From NCBI GenBank assembly GCA_019419485.1, contig DXZV01000001.1, positions 2,103 to 59,070 of the forward strand: 56,968 nucleotides of DNA. Reading direction: 5' to 3'. The stretch's first letter is position 1. Every line of letters starts with the position of its first letter. Shown here in pieces: positions 29,101-38,089 of this stretch. This DNA comes from Collinsella sp. GTDB taxonomy: Bacteria; Actinomycetota; Coriobacteriia; Coriobacteriales; Coriobacteriaceae. The notes beneath the pieces are model-generated. The model saw only the letters and a program-made list of their open reading frames with translations. It searched no databases and had not been told where the DNA came from. The translations under genes were made by a program, and so were the position numbers.

Positions 29101-32100
29101 AATCGACCTCCTGGCTCGTCCAGTGGACGCCATCGAGACTCGTCTCAACACGCATCTTGGTCACGGTGCCGTTGCCGGCGTCATCGCGCGGATAGTACTC
29201 GAGCTTATCGAGCTTGTAAGCGCGTCCATAGTCAACGGTAAGCGCCTTGCCCAGATCGTTGCCACCGGAGTGGAAACCGCCGTCGCCCGACTGGAACTCA
29301 TGGTCGAAGGCGAGCTCGGCCTTATGGCTGCCGTAAAGTGAGCCCTCCCAGGTGATTTCCTCGGCGTCGGGGACGTTCCGCCACGGATCGAGTGCGGAGT
29401 TCGCCTCGAGCACATCGCTCCAGGCGGAGTAACCTTCGGCGTTGCGCGAACGAATCTGGTAGGTGTGCTTGCTATTGTAGGCGAGGTCGGTGTGCGTGAA
29501 CTCGGCCGCATCACCCACGGCAAACACAGTGCCGTCGACCTTAAGGTCGTAGGAGGTAGCACCATCGACCTTTCCCCAGGTGAGCTTGATGCTCGTTGGG
29601 GTCGTGGCGTCCTCGGGGGCAGCAAGGTTCGTGGGTGCGGAGAGGTTCTCGTTGAGGCGATCGGCTGTGAGCGTGGCGTCGGCGTTCACGAAACCGCCCA
29701 GCTCAAGCGTCTGCGCCGCTGCAGCAGCATCGGTCTTCGCGAACTTGACGTAGACCTTGGGGTTCGTGGTGATCTTGGTGTTGTTGAAGCTCTCGCCCTG
29801 CTCGGCCTCGGTGCCGTCCGCATCGCTGCCGTAGTGGTTGAGGTTGGGGGTCTCGCTGTAGAAGTAGACCGCCTGGCCGGCCTCGGGGGTCGCGGCGTCA
29901 AAGGTCTCCTGCGAGTCGACCTCAACCACGTTGAGTGCGGATCCGCCGTTCTTGGCGACAACGCTCGTGGGCTTGGCGGACACATTGGCCACGAAGGTCG
30001 TGGTGCGGTTGGAGTCGTAGCCGTTGTAGCCGCCCTGCGAGGCCTCGGCGGTAAAGGTCGCGGTGCCGCCTGCGGCCTTGGAGCTGTAGACGGTGCTCAC
30101 ATGCTCACCGTAGGAGATATTGTCGATCGTGCCGTAGGAATCGTCCTCAGTCGTGTTGTTCTCGATGGAGGAGCCGTCGTCCTCGTACTGCGTAAAGGTG
30201 CCGTCGCCCTCGGTGGCGAAGAACTCGACGATACGCTGGCTGCGGTCGGTACCCTTGGTGTTGGTGTCGCTCACGGCCTCGGGGTTGTTGTTCTCGGCGT
30301 ACATCGGCACGATAGCGTTGGCCTTCACAAACAGCGGCAGCTTCCAAAGCGGAGCCTCGTAGTTGTTGAGAACCTGGCCGCCGCGATACTGCTTACCCGA
30401 GAAGTAATCGATCCAGATGGTGGGATTCTCGTCGGTGCCGTAGTTGGGGAGGTAAATCCCATTGCGAATGTCGTTGCCGTTCTCGTCTGCCTGGGTATCC
30501 TGATACACCGGTGCCACTAGGAAGTTCTCACCGAACATATACTGGTACTGCGTCGAAGTGCTTGCGGCGTACTCGGAGTTGTCGGAAAGCAGCATGGCGC
30601 GGATCATGGGCAGGCCGGCATCGCCGTTACCCGTGTCGATGTTGGCCGCCGAGGCCGCGCTCGTGTAGATATAGGGCATGAGCTGCGCCTTGAGCTTGAG
30701 GTAGAAGCGCGAGATGCCTGTGTAGGGATCGCCGTGCGTCATGGGCGATTTACGGTAGGTGCCCCAACCGTCCATGTCAAGCATAGAGGGCGTGAACGTC
30801 TTCCACTGGTAGTCACGCGCAGAGATGATGGGGTCGCCGCCAAAGATGCCATCCATGTCGGAGCCGATGTTGGGGTTGCCCGAAAGACTCTGACCGATAT
30901 ACGTGGGGATATGGAAGCGAATGTACTCCCAGTTACCGCCATACTGGTCGCCGGTCCAAATGCCACCAAAGCGCTGCGTGCCGGCCCAACCATCGAGCGT
31001 GATGATGTTGGGGCGCTTGTTAGCGCCGGTCGTCACCGTGTCATAAGCTGTCTTGATGCCATTAAGAGCAAAGGAGTAGCCAGATCCAACCCAGGCAACG
31101 TCGGTCTTAAGGGTAGTGATGCCTCCCGTCTTGACCTCGGCGTCGAAGTCGCGAAGCAGATGCCACGGGGTCTCAGGGTTGCTGTCGGGCTCAAGGTTGG
31201 ACTGGGTCCACAAGCCCGTGCTCACACCCTTGGAGTTGGCATACTCGGTGAACTTCTTAAGGTTGTCGACATTGGCACGCACAGCGTTAAGACGGTCGGC
31301 CGAGCTCGCTCCGTCGGAGTTGACGCCGCCGGTCTTGTAGTAACCGTTCTGGCCATAGCCGGCGCCGTAACCGTCGTTCGGCAGGAACCAGCCGAGCGGC
31401 ATGTCGTTGTCCTCGTAGTCATCGATAACCTGACGAGCAGAGAACTGGCGGTCGAAATCGGTCGCTTTCATGTTCTCGGTATCAACCGTAGGGCCCTCAC
31501 CGTTGAGCGTCTCGGCCGCAAGTGTGCCGTCGAGCTTGTAGCCCGTCGACATGCCAGACTCGTACTTAACGTCGCCCTTCTCGCTCGAGGACTTGCTGCC
31601 CTTGGTCTCCCACTTCTTTTGACCCGAGGTCGTTGACCAGCCATCACGGTTATAGGCATTAAGATGACCAAGGTAGAACCCGTACTCGGGCAGCAGTACC
31701 GGGTTACCGGTCACCTTGTAGTAGTCCTGCAGCATCTCGGTTGCCACGTTCGAAGCGCCCTCGTTGGTCGCCACGAAGTAGTAGGCATCAAACTCATTCT
31801 CGCTGTGCAAAGTCGTGACCGTCGATGAGTCCGTGGAACCGAAGTCGTAGGAACCCTCTGCAAACGTGTTTCGGAGTACGCCGTAGCCGTCACTCGTCCA
31901 ATAAAACGGGTTGGGCGAGGCAACGCCGCCATCGGTCCAGTTGTTCGTGTTGGAGATGGCGATGGTCTGGTTGGTGTGCAGGAAGCGTCCGTTCTGGGTG
32001 CCGCCGCCAAAGAAGTTCTCGGACTTCTCCTTGGCGAGCGTCTGGACGGTACCCTTCTTATCAAGGTCGAGGGACGCGGACTCGGAAACCACGACACGGT

Positions 32101-32539
32101 CGCCTGACTTGATACTCATCTTGCCAGTCGCCTTGTCCAGGATCACGGTCGCCTTTCCGCCGGTGATCTCGATAGTGTCGCCCTTGTCGGCAACCGTCGC
32201 ACTCGGCTTGCTGTAGGTGTCCGAGGTATCGGGCTGAGCCTGGATCTTAGCCGTGTGGGACTTACTACGCGGCGTGGCGTACTCGGAAAACTCACCCTTG
32301 GGGTCGACGTTATAACGGAAAATACCGTCCTCGAGGAACGTAATACGGCCCTTGATGCCGTCAGCGAAATCGATGTCGACGACATTCGAGGCAGACTGGG
32401 ACACGGTCGCCGAGTCGACGCCCTTGAGTGGCGTGGCAATCGCCTGCTGGGGATTGGCAAACACGAGCGTCGCTGCAGTGGCAACGAGGACCGCGCTTCC
32501 CTTCACCCACCGTTTCGTAAAAATGGAATTCCTGCGCAT
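26126..32539 (-). CDS. Secreted, sortase-anchored multimodular GH31 glycoside hydrolase, probably alpha-N-acetylgalactosaminidase
   Basis: Signal peptide; PLGWFLPNDGYG, KTDVAW, WTGDQ catalytic-region motifs; FN3, F5/8 (CBM32)-like, cohesin-like, Ig-like and FIVAR-like modules; IPNTG + TM + basic tail; aaagga RBS before MRRNSI. Confidence 0.88.
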   Translation of the reverse strand: MRRNSIFTKRWVKGSAVLVATAATLVFANPQQAIATPLKGVDSATVSQSASNVVDIDFADGIKGRITFLEDGIFRYNVDPKGEFSEYATPRSKSHTAKIQAQPDTSDTYSKPSATVADKGDTIEITGGKATVILDKATGKMSIKSGDRVVVSESASLDLDKKGTVQTLAKEKSENFFGGGTQNGRFLHTNQTIAISNTNNWTDGGVASPNPFYWTSDGYGVLRNTFAEGSYDFGSTDSSTVTTLHSENEFDAYYFVATNEGASNVATEMLQDYYKVTGNPVLLPEYGFYLGHLNAYNRDGWSTTSGQKKWETKGSKSSSEKGDVKYESGMSTGYKLDGTLAAETLNGEGPTVDTENMKATDFDRQFSARQVIDDYEDNDMPLGWFLPNDGYGAGYGQNGYYKTGGVNSDGASSADRLNAVRANVDNLKKFTEYANSKGVSTGLWTQSNLEPDSNPETPWHLLRDFDAEVKTGGITTLKTDVAWVGSGYSFALNGIKTAYDTVTTGANKRPNIITLDGWAGTQRFGGIWTGDQYGGNWEYIRFHIPTYIGQSLSGNPNIGSDMDGIFGGDPIISARDYQWKTFTPSMLDMDGWGTYRKSPMTHGDPYTGISRFYLKLKAQLMPYIYTSAASAANIDTGNGDAGLPMIRAMLLSDNSEYAASTSTQYQYMFGENFLVAPVYQDTQADENGNDIRNGIYLPNYGTDENPTIWIDYFSGKQYRGGQVLNNYEAPLWKLPLFVKANAIVPMYAENNNPEAVSDTNTKGTDRSQRIVEFFATEGDGTFTQYEDDGSSIENNTTEDDSYGTIDNISYGEHVSTVYSSKAAGGTATFTAEASQGGYNGYDSNRTTTFVANVSAKPTSVVAKNGGSALNVVEVDSQETFDAATPEAGQAVYFYSETPNLNHYGSDADGTEAEQGESFNNTKITTNPKVYVKFAKTDAAAAAQTLELGGFVNADATLTADRLNENLSAPTNLAAPEDATTPTSIKLTWGKVDGATSYDLKVDGTVFAVGDAAEFTHTDLAYNSKHTYQIRSRNAEGYSAWSDVLEANSALDPWRNVPDAEEITWEGSLYGSHKAELAFDHEFQSGDGGFHSGGNDLGKALTVDYGRAYKLDKLEYYPRDDAGNGTVTKMRVETSLDGVHWTSQEVDWARSADCKTVAFDGTVAARYVRMTPLASVGNFFSASEIAIYKTDGTDGFAVGSNLNKATISDGDYSNMKNYLGLENREPDTPTFGSQIRDHFADLNDNGVYDVYDYSFTMAGLDGGTKQKGKVAGSLAVIPSKTEVEAGDEITVDVYAADAKNVNALGALVNFKSDQFEFVSESIAQDGSTAGMENLSREKVQFVDGTQTINLAFANRGDGKLYNGTGAVASFKLKAKTAGKVELPSTSWLIGPACDALEFASDGTVTMPDVPQPTVAEYAQDAFNITMTNDELTTDDGTNVEKLIQQKSYNALFDNNEGDNGFEFLWNWSGNWDSEGKLPSYVKLPTTMTFAFKTPSKLDSVEVVNRNGGNGTVQKIKAVVTFEDGSIQEFAGGEYDSFLARYAFDLSAENKGKKATKVEVTPLEASGDQMLTLREVNFNYTQGVEAIEGVELGKNQTEFFEGDITPVDAKATPESAGYPYVTVESSDPSVVSVSAVQAGDSVSYYLRANKAGKAKITVASVLDPSKTASYEVEVKAGVDTSALVAALSKAAGYSESVYTKDSYAALTTAVEAARKLLDSGQGSYSKKDVADATAKIEKAIDGLKMRPVDEKILINTPENRKNVKVADFSSEADYEGSNAVNALDGDERTLWHSDWAHGTGMPQYLSVDLGRDYDLTDVTFLPRQDGGTNGDIFEAEILVSDTADGYEMGTAASMGTFAFDNDGRVLTDRGDWKQMSFGAARGRYVTVKVIHAGGGDVDAYCSMAELKFYGTAVPDPVAKDDLATAIEKVDAEVAAGDLKAGDYTEASWTALENALASARAILSDEDATQDEVDQALRALESARGALEKTPVVPVENPTKKQLKALVKQAKETDTRGKTDESVKALTDAITYAEDILGDENASDTQLQAAYDQLKLAIESLRDADSGNQGGSGNQGSGNGSNGGNQAGKPAGDKAQGSKKNGSAIPNTGDQTAATVVTVGGLGAIIAAIGAFFHRRSKAK

Positions 32540-32617
32540 CTGGTCTCCTTTCTTCCGACATGCTGAGGTGCCGAGGACGCCCCCCCCCGGCAGCATGGGA
32601 AAACGTATCAAACGGAG

Positions 32618-32682
32618 ATGTTCGGTACATTCCGCACAATGGGGGCCACCCGTTACCAAGGGGCCAACTGGTAGTAACCAGA
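32618..32682. promoter_or_regulatory. Candidate GntR-family operators upstream of GH31
   Basis: ATGTTCGGTACA (32618-32629), also present at 36951-36962; ACTGGTAGTAACCAGA (32667-32682), a TGGT-N4-ACCA dyad. Confidence 0.5.
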
Positions 32683-32865
32683 TAGCCACCTACTAGGTCA
32701 TATCAACATATGGGAGCACTTGCGCACCCAAGTTCGGAATTCTCCCAGCGGCAGCAAAATAAGCGTCAACGGCAAGGTGGGCTTAATAAGCCATACCAAT
32801 TGGTTCTTCAGTCAAATACCAATCTAGCAAAAATGTACTGTTTGTCTGGTATTACACAGACCATA

Positions 32866-32911
32866 CCTTTCCCTCGGGAACTGGGCTTCGCGAAGTTTCC
32901 CGAGGGAAAGG
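32866..32911. repeat. 44-46-bp hairpin repeat, copy 1
   Basis: ctttccctcgggaactgggcttcgcgaagtttcccgagggaaag; inverted variant at 38110-38153. Confidence 0.8.
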
Positions 32912-33053
32912 CTCAGCCGCCATCCTGCAACCTACCGGGGATTGCCATGACGTACGTTGGCTGATTTGGTTTGGAATGAGATGTTGACGGTGGCTGATGG
33001 GCACAACTGTCCCGGGTGCATTTCAAGATGCACCTAAATGTCTGTCTTTATCC

Positions 33054-33530
33054 TTATAGATTGTCCAGGTAGTCGTCGGCATCATAGGTAAGGCTGTAAG
33101 CTTTATTCAGGATGCGCACGAGCTCCTGGGCATCGTGCTCGCCGAGCGCCGAGAGTTGTTTCGAGAGCGATGCCACACTCTCGGCATTTTTTTTCGCCGC
33201 GAAATCACGGCCTTCCTCGGTAATGCTCACCAGCACACGCCGACGATCGTTTGGATCAGTCCTGCGCTGAACGTAACCCTTACTCTCGAGTGAATCCAAG
33301 ATATGCGACATGCGCGCACGGGAGAATTTCAGCTTCTTGGCAATCTCAGAGGGAATGACATCACCGTCAATACCCGATAGATACTGTAAAACCGGTGCCT
33401 CGCCCACACTGGCGCCGCCGGCAGCACTCAAGGATCCCTTGGCAAGGGAACGTGAGTACACAATCAGTTTTCGAGCGACGTCATCGTAATCCACTGGGGA
33501 TATTGTCCTTTGCAACTCTAGAAGGGCCAT
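33054..33530 (-). CDS. MarR-family transcriptional regulator
   Basis: PSEIAKKL-SRARMSHILDSLESKGYV-DPNDRRRVLVSITEEG winged HTH. Confidence 0.9.
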   Translation of the reverse strand: MALLELQRTISPVDYDDVARKLIVYSRSLAKGSLSAAGGASVGEAPVLQYLSGIDGDVIPSEIAKKLKFSRARMSHILDSLESKGYVQRRTDPNDRRRVLVSITEEGRDFAAKKNAESVASLSKQLSALGEHDAQELVRILNKAYSLTYDADDYLDNL

Positions 33531-33598
33531 AAAACCGTCATTTGCCGTACATTAGTTAACATTCGCAACAATTATTTATGATACCCCAACGCGGAAGT

Positions 33599-33925
33599 CT
33601 ATTGCTCGTCCTTCTTGCGTCGCATAAGCTCCTCAACGTCGACACCAGCGGCCTCGAGCATGCGCTCGACATTCTTTTTGGCGTTGGTCGTGCCGACCTT
33701 AAGCACGATCGAAAGCGGAGTGCCCACCACCAGGCACACGATGCCCACGGGGACACCCCAGCCGGGGCCGCCCTGCATACCCCACATCCCCATCAAAAAG
33801 CCAATCGCCACGAGCGAATAGCCCAGGCGCAGCCAAACATTGAGCCGCTGAATAGCATCGGTCTGCATCTTTGCCTCGCGAATCAAGTCGTCGCGCGAAA
33901 GGTCGTGTCCATGTTTCTCGTGCAT
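33599..33925 (-). CDS. Small two-TM membrane protein downstream of the PTS operon
   Basis: gaggagg RBS before MHEKHG; two hydrophobic segments. Confidence 0.7.
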   Translation of the reverse strand: MHEKHGHDLSRDDLIREAKMQTDAIQRLNVWLRLGYSLVAIGFLMGMWGMQGGPGWGVPVGIVCLVVGTPLSIVLKVGTTNAKKNVERMLEAAGVDVEELMRRKKDEQ

Positions 33926-34068
33926 ATGGTCCTCCTCGTGCAAAGTGTGCATCATGCGCAAGTGCATCGTTTGTCGAATACGTCATCTTTCAAGAGCAAT
34001 ATAGCGGGTGTCGTGTAGGCGATGGAGGTCGCTGGCCATATTGCCCTTGAAGGGCGGCGCAAAATCAG

Positions 34069-34098
34069 AAGGCCGTGCGGTTGAGGCCGCACGGCCTT
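34069..34098 (-). terminator. Hairpin / likely terminator after PTS IID
   Basis: aaggccgtgcgg-ttgagg-ccgcacggcctt. Confidence 0.65.
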
Positions 34099-34120
34099 AC
34101 AGGGGGCCAGGGGATGATGA

Positions 34121-34948
34121 CTAGTAGCTCAGTGCCGGGTCGAAGAAGCCAATGAGAACGCCCACAAATGCGATCACAACGAGGATCAGCATCATAACGA
34201 TGGGGTTGACCTTCTTCTTGGTCATCATGTACCAGCAGAAGATGATGAAGATCATCGGCAGCAGGTGCGGATAGATGCCATCGAGCGTGTCCTGGAACTT
34301 ACCGCCACCGGGCAGCACCAGGTTGGGGCTGCAGGTGATGGAGACCCAGGTAGCACCGACTGCACCGATGACCATGGTACCGACCATCACGATGGAATCA
34401 CGCAGAGCCTTGGCCTTGGGGCCGACGAGGGCCTCGACCGCCTTGCCGCCGAGCTCATAGCCCTGGTTGTAGGCAAAGCGCATGCCAAGGAACATGAGCA
34501 GGTTCCACACGACAATATAGAAGATGGCGCCGAGCGGGGAGCCGCCGGTCGAGAGACCGAGGGCAATACCGAGCAGGATCGGGATCAGGGTACCGACGAT
34601 CAGCGAGTCGCCAAGGCCGGCGAGCGGGCCCATGAGGCCGGCGCGGATGCCGTTGATGGCGTCGTCGTCGATGGCCTCGCCGTTTGCGCGAGCCTCCTCG
34701 AGGCCGGCGGTGACGCCGACAATCATGGTGCCGATCTGCGGCTCGGTGTTGAAGAACGCGGAGTAGGTCTGGAGGGCCTGCTTCTGCTCCTCGGGCGTGT
34801 CGTAGAGCTCCTCGACAATCGGAAGCATGGCGCACAGGTAACCGAAGGTCTGCATGTGCTCCTGCGAGAAGCAGGTCAGGTTGCCATAGGACCAGTTACG
34901 GAACGACTTGGCAAGCGTTTTCTTAGAGAGCTTTTTCTTCTCTGCCAT
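34121..34948 (-). CDS. PTS mannose/fructose/sorbose family IID
   Basis: QEHMQTFGY, FFNTEP, GLMGPLAGLGDSL. Confidence 0.94.
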   Translation of the reverse strand: MAEKKKLSKKTLAKSFRNWSYGNLTCFSQEHMQTFGYLCAMLPIVEELYDTPEEQKQALQTYSAFFNTEPQIGTMIVGVTAGLEEARANGEAIDDDAINGIRAGLMGPLAGLGDSLIVGTLIPILLGIALGLSTGGSPLGAIFYIVVWNLLMFLGMRFAYNQGYELGGKAVEALVGPKAKALRDSIVMVGTMVIGAVGATWVSITCSPNLVLPGGGKFQDTLDGIYPHLLPMIFIIFCWYMMTKKKVNPIVMMLILVVIAFVGVLIGFFDPALSY

Positions 34949-35805
34949 TAGATGTCCTCCTCTTCCTCATCATCTGAGCCCGAGGCGATAGCTGCCTTGG
35001 GAGCGTTTGCGAGGTCGATCTTGAGCGAAGCGATCTCATAGTTGATCAGGGCGAAGAAGCAGCCGATGCCGGCAGCGGCGATCAGGTTGCAGCCCATAAC
35101 AGCGGACAGGGTGAAGCCGAAGAAGAACGTCAGGAAGTCCGTGGGCTTAGAGATGACCTGCTTGAGCAGGATGGCGATACCGACGGTAGGCAGCAGCGAG
35201 CCGACGGTAAACAGCGTCTTCATCGCGATGCCGTCCATGGGCATGTAGGTCTTCATGAGGTCGACCATGGCGGTGCCGCCCATGGTGATGATGAACGTCG
35301 GGAGGAACGAGCAGACGATGTGACCGATCCAAGGCAGAACGTTGTTGACCAGGTAGAGCTTGTGGAGATCGCCCTTCTCGAGCCACTTCCAGCCCATGCC
35401 CTGCCACACCAGGTTGATGGTGGCGGTGCCATAGAAGAGCACAGTGCCGAGCGTGCCGACGGCGGCACCGAGGGATGCGGCCATGCCGGCAGCCTCAGCG
35501 GAGGCGGGATCGATGCCCGAGTTCTTGATGGCGAGGATCGCCAGCGGGATGCCGATATAGGACACGGCGCGGACGTCGGCGGAGACGGTTCCGCCGGGGG
35601 TCACGAGAGCGATGTAGACAACCTGGATGGCAGCGCCGACGAGGATACCCGTCTGCATATCGCCCATGATGATGCCGACGATGAGGCCGGCGACCAGAGG
35701 ACGACCCAGAGTGTAGTTGCCGATCGTCGTGCCGCCCATGCCAGGCAGTGATGCCAGGCAGGCGAACAGGCCGAACAGCGCGGCTTGGAATGCATTGATT
35801 GCCAT
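34948..35805 (-). CDS. PTS mannose/fructose/sorbose family IIC
   Basis: RPLVAGLIVGIIMGD, LLPTVGIAILL; multi-TM. Confidence 0.92.
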   Translation of the reverse strand: MAINAFQAALFGLFACLASLPGMGGTTIGNYTLGRPLVAGLIVGIIMGDMQTGILVGAAIQVVYIALVTPGGTVSADVRAVSYIGIPLAILAIKNSGIDPASAEAAGMAASLGAAVGTLGTVLFYGTATINLVWQGMGWKWLEKGDLHKLYLVNNVLPWIGHIVCSFLPTFIITMGGTAMVDLMKTYMPMDGIAMKTLFTVGSLLPTVGIAILLKQVISKPTDFLTFFFGFTLSAVMGCNLIAAAGIGCFFALINYEIASLKIDLANAPKAAIASGSDDEEEEDI

Positions 35806-35877
35806 GCTTTCCCCTTTCTTTATTCCTCAGCCCCTTTCACCAAGGGCTGTAGATACCAAAATGCGGCTGGCACCTAA

Positions 35878-36366
35878 CTAGAAGCCAAACTGACCGCGGA
35901 ACTTGGGCCACTCACCGATGGACTTCTCCTTGATAAGGGCGAACTCGACCGTGTAACCGGCGTTGGTGAGATCCTCGAGCGCCTGGGCCTCTTCCTGCGT
36001 GATCGACTGGTTGTTGCCAAGCTTGGTGGTGCCGGGACGATCGTTGCAGGGACCGACGATGATGCGGTCCATGCCGGGCTTAAAGCCAAAATCGACGAGA
36101 AGTTCCTTCATGTCGAGCGGGTTCTTGGTGATCAGGAAGTACTTGGTGTCGGACTTGAGAACCTTCTCGGAGACCTCCTTGAAGTGCTCCTTGGTCCACA
36201 CGAACGTCTTCTTGCCCGAGGCACTCTTGTAGGCCTCCTTGAGCACGGGGTTGGACGCTGCAGCGTCGTTGACGGCGATAAGACCGTCGCAGGGATACTC
36301 GAGGGCCCAACGGGTAACGGTCTGTCCATGGATCATACGGTCATCAATACGGATGAACGAAATCAT
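35878..36366 (-). CDS. PTS mannose/fructose/sorbose family IIB
   Basis: RIDDRMIHGQT phosphorylation motif. Confidence 0.95.
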   Translation of the reverse strand: MISFIRIDDRMIHGQTVTRWALEYPCDGLIAVNDAAASNPVLKEAYKSASGKKTFVWTKEHFKEVSEKVLKSDTKYFLITKNPLDMKELLVDFGFKPGMDRIIVGPCNDRPGTTKLGNNQSITQEEAQALEDLTNAGYTVEFALIKEKSIGEWPKFRGQFGF

Positions 36367-36445
36367 GCGTTCTCCCTTTCTTTATCACCGGGGGTCTTTC
36401 CTCTTAACCCCCGCTCCATCACGAAAATTTGGGCGGATGCGCTGC

Positions 36446-36880
36446 CTAGATGTCGTCGTCCTCGTCGTCGGCGTCATCGGTCGGGACAACGAGCTCGGAC
36501 ATACCGTTCTTGCCCTCCTGCAGCATCATCTGCTTGAGGGAATCCAGGTCCATGGTGGCAAGCCCCATCATGGCGGTCATAGCCATGGGCAGATTCATAC
36601 CGCCGAAGGCAATGGTGTGGGCGAGCAAACCCTTCTCGGCCAGCGTGTTCATGGCATTGGTGAGCGGCGATCCGCCCAGGATGTCACCAAGCAGGACAAC
36701 CTCGTCATCGGCGGTAACGGGAGCGAGCATCGCCTTGACGTTCTCGACATACTCGTCAGCGCCCATGCCGTCCACGAGACTCGTCGACAAGATGTTCGGG
36801 GCGTCATTGCCGAGCATCTTGAGGACACTGTGCAGTCCGGGAGCGAGCGTTCCGTGACTGACCATTACCAGATACCGCAT
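36446..36880 (-). CDS. PTS mannose family IIA
   Basis: LVMVSHG, DILGGSP, GMNLPM. Confidence 0.93.
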   Translation of the reverse strand: MRYLVMVSHGTLAPGLHSVLKMLGNDAPNILSTSLVDGMGADEYVENVKAMLAPVTADDEVVLLGDILGGSPLTNAMNTLAEKGLLAHTIAFGGMNLPMAMTAMMGLATMDLDSLKQMMLQEGKNGMSELVVPTDDADDEDDDI

Positions 36881-36950
36881 GCGGTCTCCTCTCGACCTGC
36901 CGTGTGTCGCACGGCTTTGCTTTTTGCTGAGATTATTGTTGCGCCGGGGC

Positions 36951-37015
36951 ATGTTCGGTACAAGAAAATAGTTGCGAACGGTAACTATTCATCGGTTAAC
37001 GGTAGCAACTATTTT
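36951..37015. promoter_or_regulatory. Operator-rich divergent promoter region between PTS and gntR
   Basis: ATGTTCGGTACA at 36951-36962; aaaatagttgc (36965-36975) / gcaactatttt (37005-37015) inverted repeat. Confidence 0.55.
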
Positions 37016-37188
37016 TGTGCCTAAATTATTTTTTCTTCTAATTATTTTTAAAATAGCAGGTAGATTGCCTGATAAATGTTTTATGTTCTTTATGCACCAT
37101 ACATACCAGCAAGAATCGGGCCTGGCATCTCCGGTTTGCCCCGCAGTGTCAGACCATGTCACGTACGCCCACGACATGGAGGTACCCC

Positions 37189-37971
37189 ATGGATATGATC
37201 TCGTTTCTCGCCTCCGAACCCTTCGACCGCAGCGGTGATACGCCGCTCTATGTCCAGCTTAAACATCGAATCGCTCTGCTTATCGCCAGCCAGGCGTTCG
37301 ACACCAAGACGCCGCTGCCACGCGAGCTCGAAATCTGTGAGCGGCTGGAGTTATCGCGCGCGACCGTGCGCCGTTGCTTCCAAGATCTCGTCATCGAGGG
37401 GCGCGTGGTGCGCAAGCGCGGCCAGGGCACGTTCATCAAGCCCCAAACTTCAGCACCCGGCATCGACCTGGCCCTGAATTTCAGCGCGCGGATGCGCGAA
37501 GCGGGACGGGTTCCGAGCTCGCAGATTCTCGCCTTTTCAAGCATACCGGCCGTCCGCGGCATCGCCTCCGGGCTCAAAGTGCCCGAAGGGACACCCGTCT
37601 GGGAGATTCGCCGCCTGCGTCTCGCCAACGACAAACCCATGGAGCTCAACTACGTCTATATCCCCGTGTCACTTTGCCCCGAGCTCTCGCGCAAAGACGT
37701 GGATGGCTCGCTCTACGCCTACATCGCGGAAAAGACCGGCATCCTGCCCGCAAGCGTCGATGCCGTCTACGAGACAGTCAACCTCGACAAGCATGAGGCG
37801 CGTCTTTTGGGACAGAACACCGGTAAGGCGGCGATGCGCATCGTGCGTTCGACCTACGACAAGACGGGAACCCCGTTCGAGGTAGGCGTGCTCATCAGCT
37901 GCGACGGTCAGGCAAAGCTGCACGTGCACATCGCCGCCGACAAAACAACCTTCACCGCCACAGCCCAATAA
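37189..37971 (+). CDS. GntR-family regulator, HutC/UTRA type
   Basis: PLYVQLK, LPRELEI, SRATVRR, RKRGQGTF; C-terminal UTRA-like IRRLRLANDKP. Confidence 0.93.
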   Translation: MDMISFLASEPFDRSGDTPLYVQLKHRIALLIASQAFDTKTPLPRELEICERLELSRATVRRCFQDLVIEGRVVRKRGQGTFIKPQTSAPGIDLALNFSARMREAGRVPSSQILAFSSIPAVRGIASGLKVPEGTPVWEIRRLRLANDKPMELNYVYIPVSLCPELSRKDVDGSLYAYIAEKTGILPASVDAVYETVNLDKHEARLLGQNTGKAAMRIVRSTYDKTGTPFEVGVLISCDGQAKLHVHIAADKTTFTATAQ

Positions 37972-37980
37972 ATCCAAAAC

Positions 37981-38017
37981 GTGGGCGCCGTCGTTCAAAC
38001 GAACGACGGCGCCCACA
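37981..38017 (+). terminator. Terminator-like hairpin after gntR
   Basis: gtgggcgccgtcgttc-aaac-gaacgacggcgcccac. Confidence 0.75.
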
Positions 38018-38089
38018 CTCATTTTCTATTCAGCCCTAGTCATCGCACAAAGCCCCTTCGGCAGCACACGGTGCAACCGAGTCACCGTA

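Noticed and set aside
32580..32588. Poly-C tract upstream of GH31 as a phase-variation switch
   Set aside because: About 9 C in a non-coding leader of a high-GC genome, outside the inferred CDS; no evidence of length variation from one sequence.
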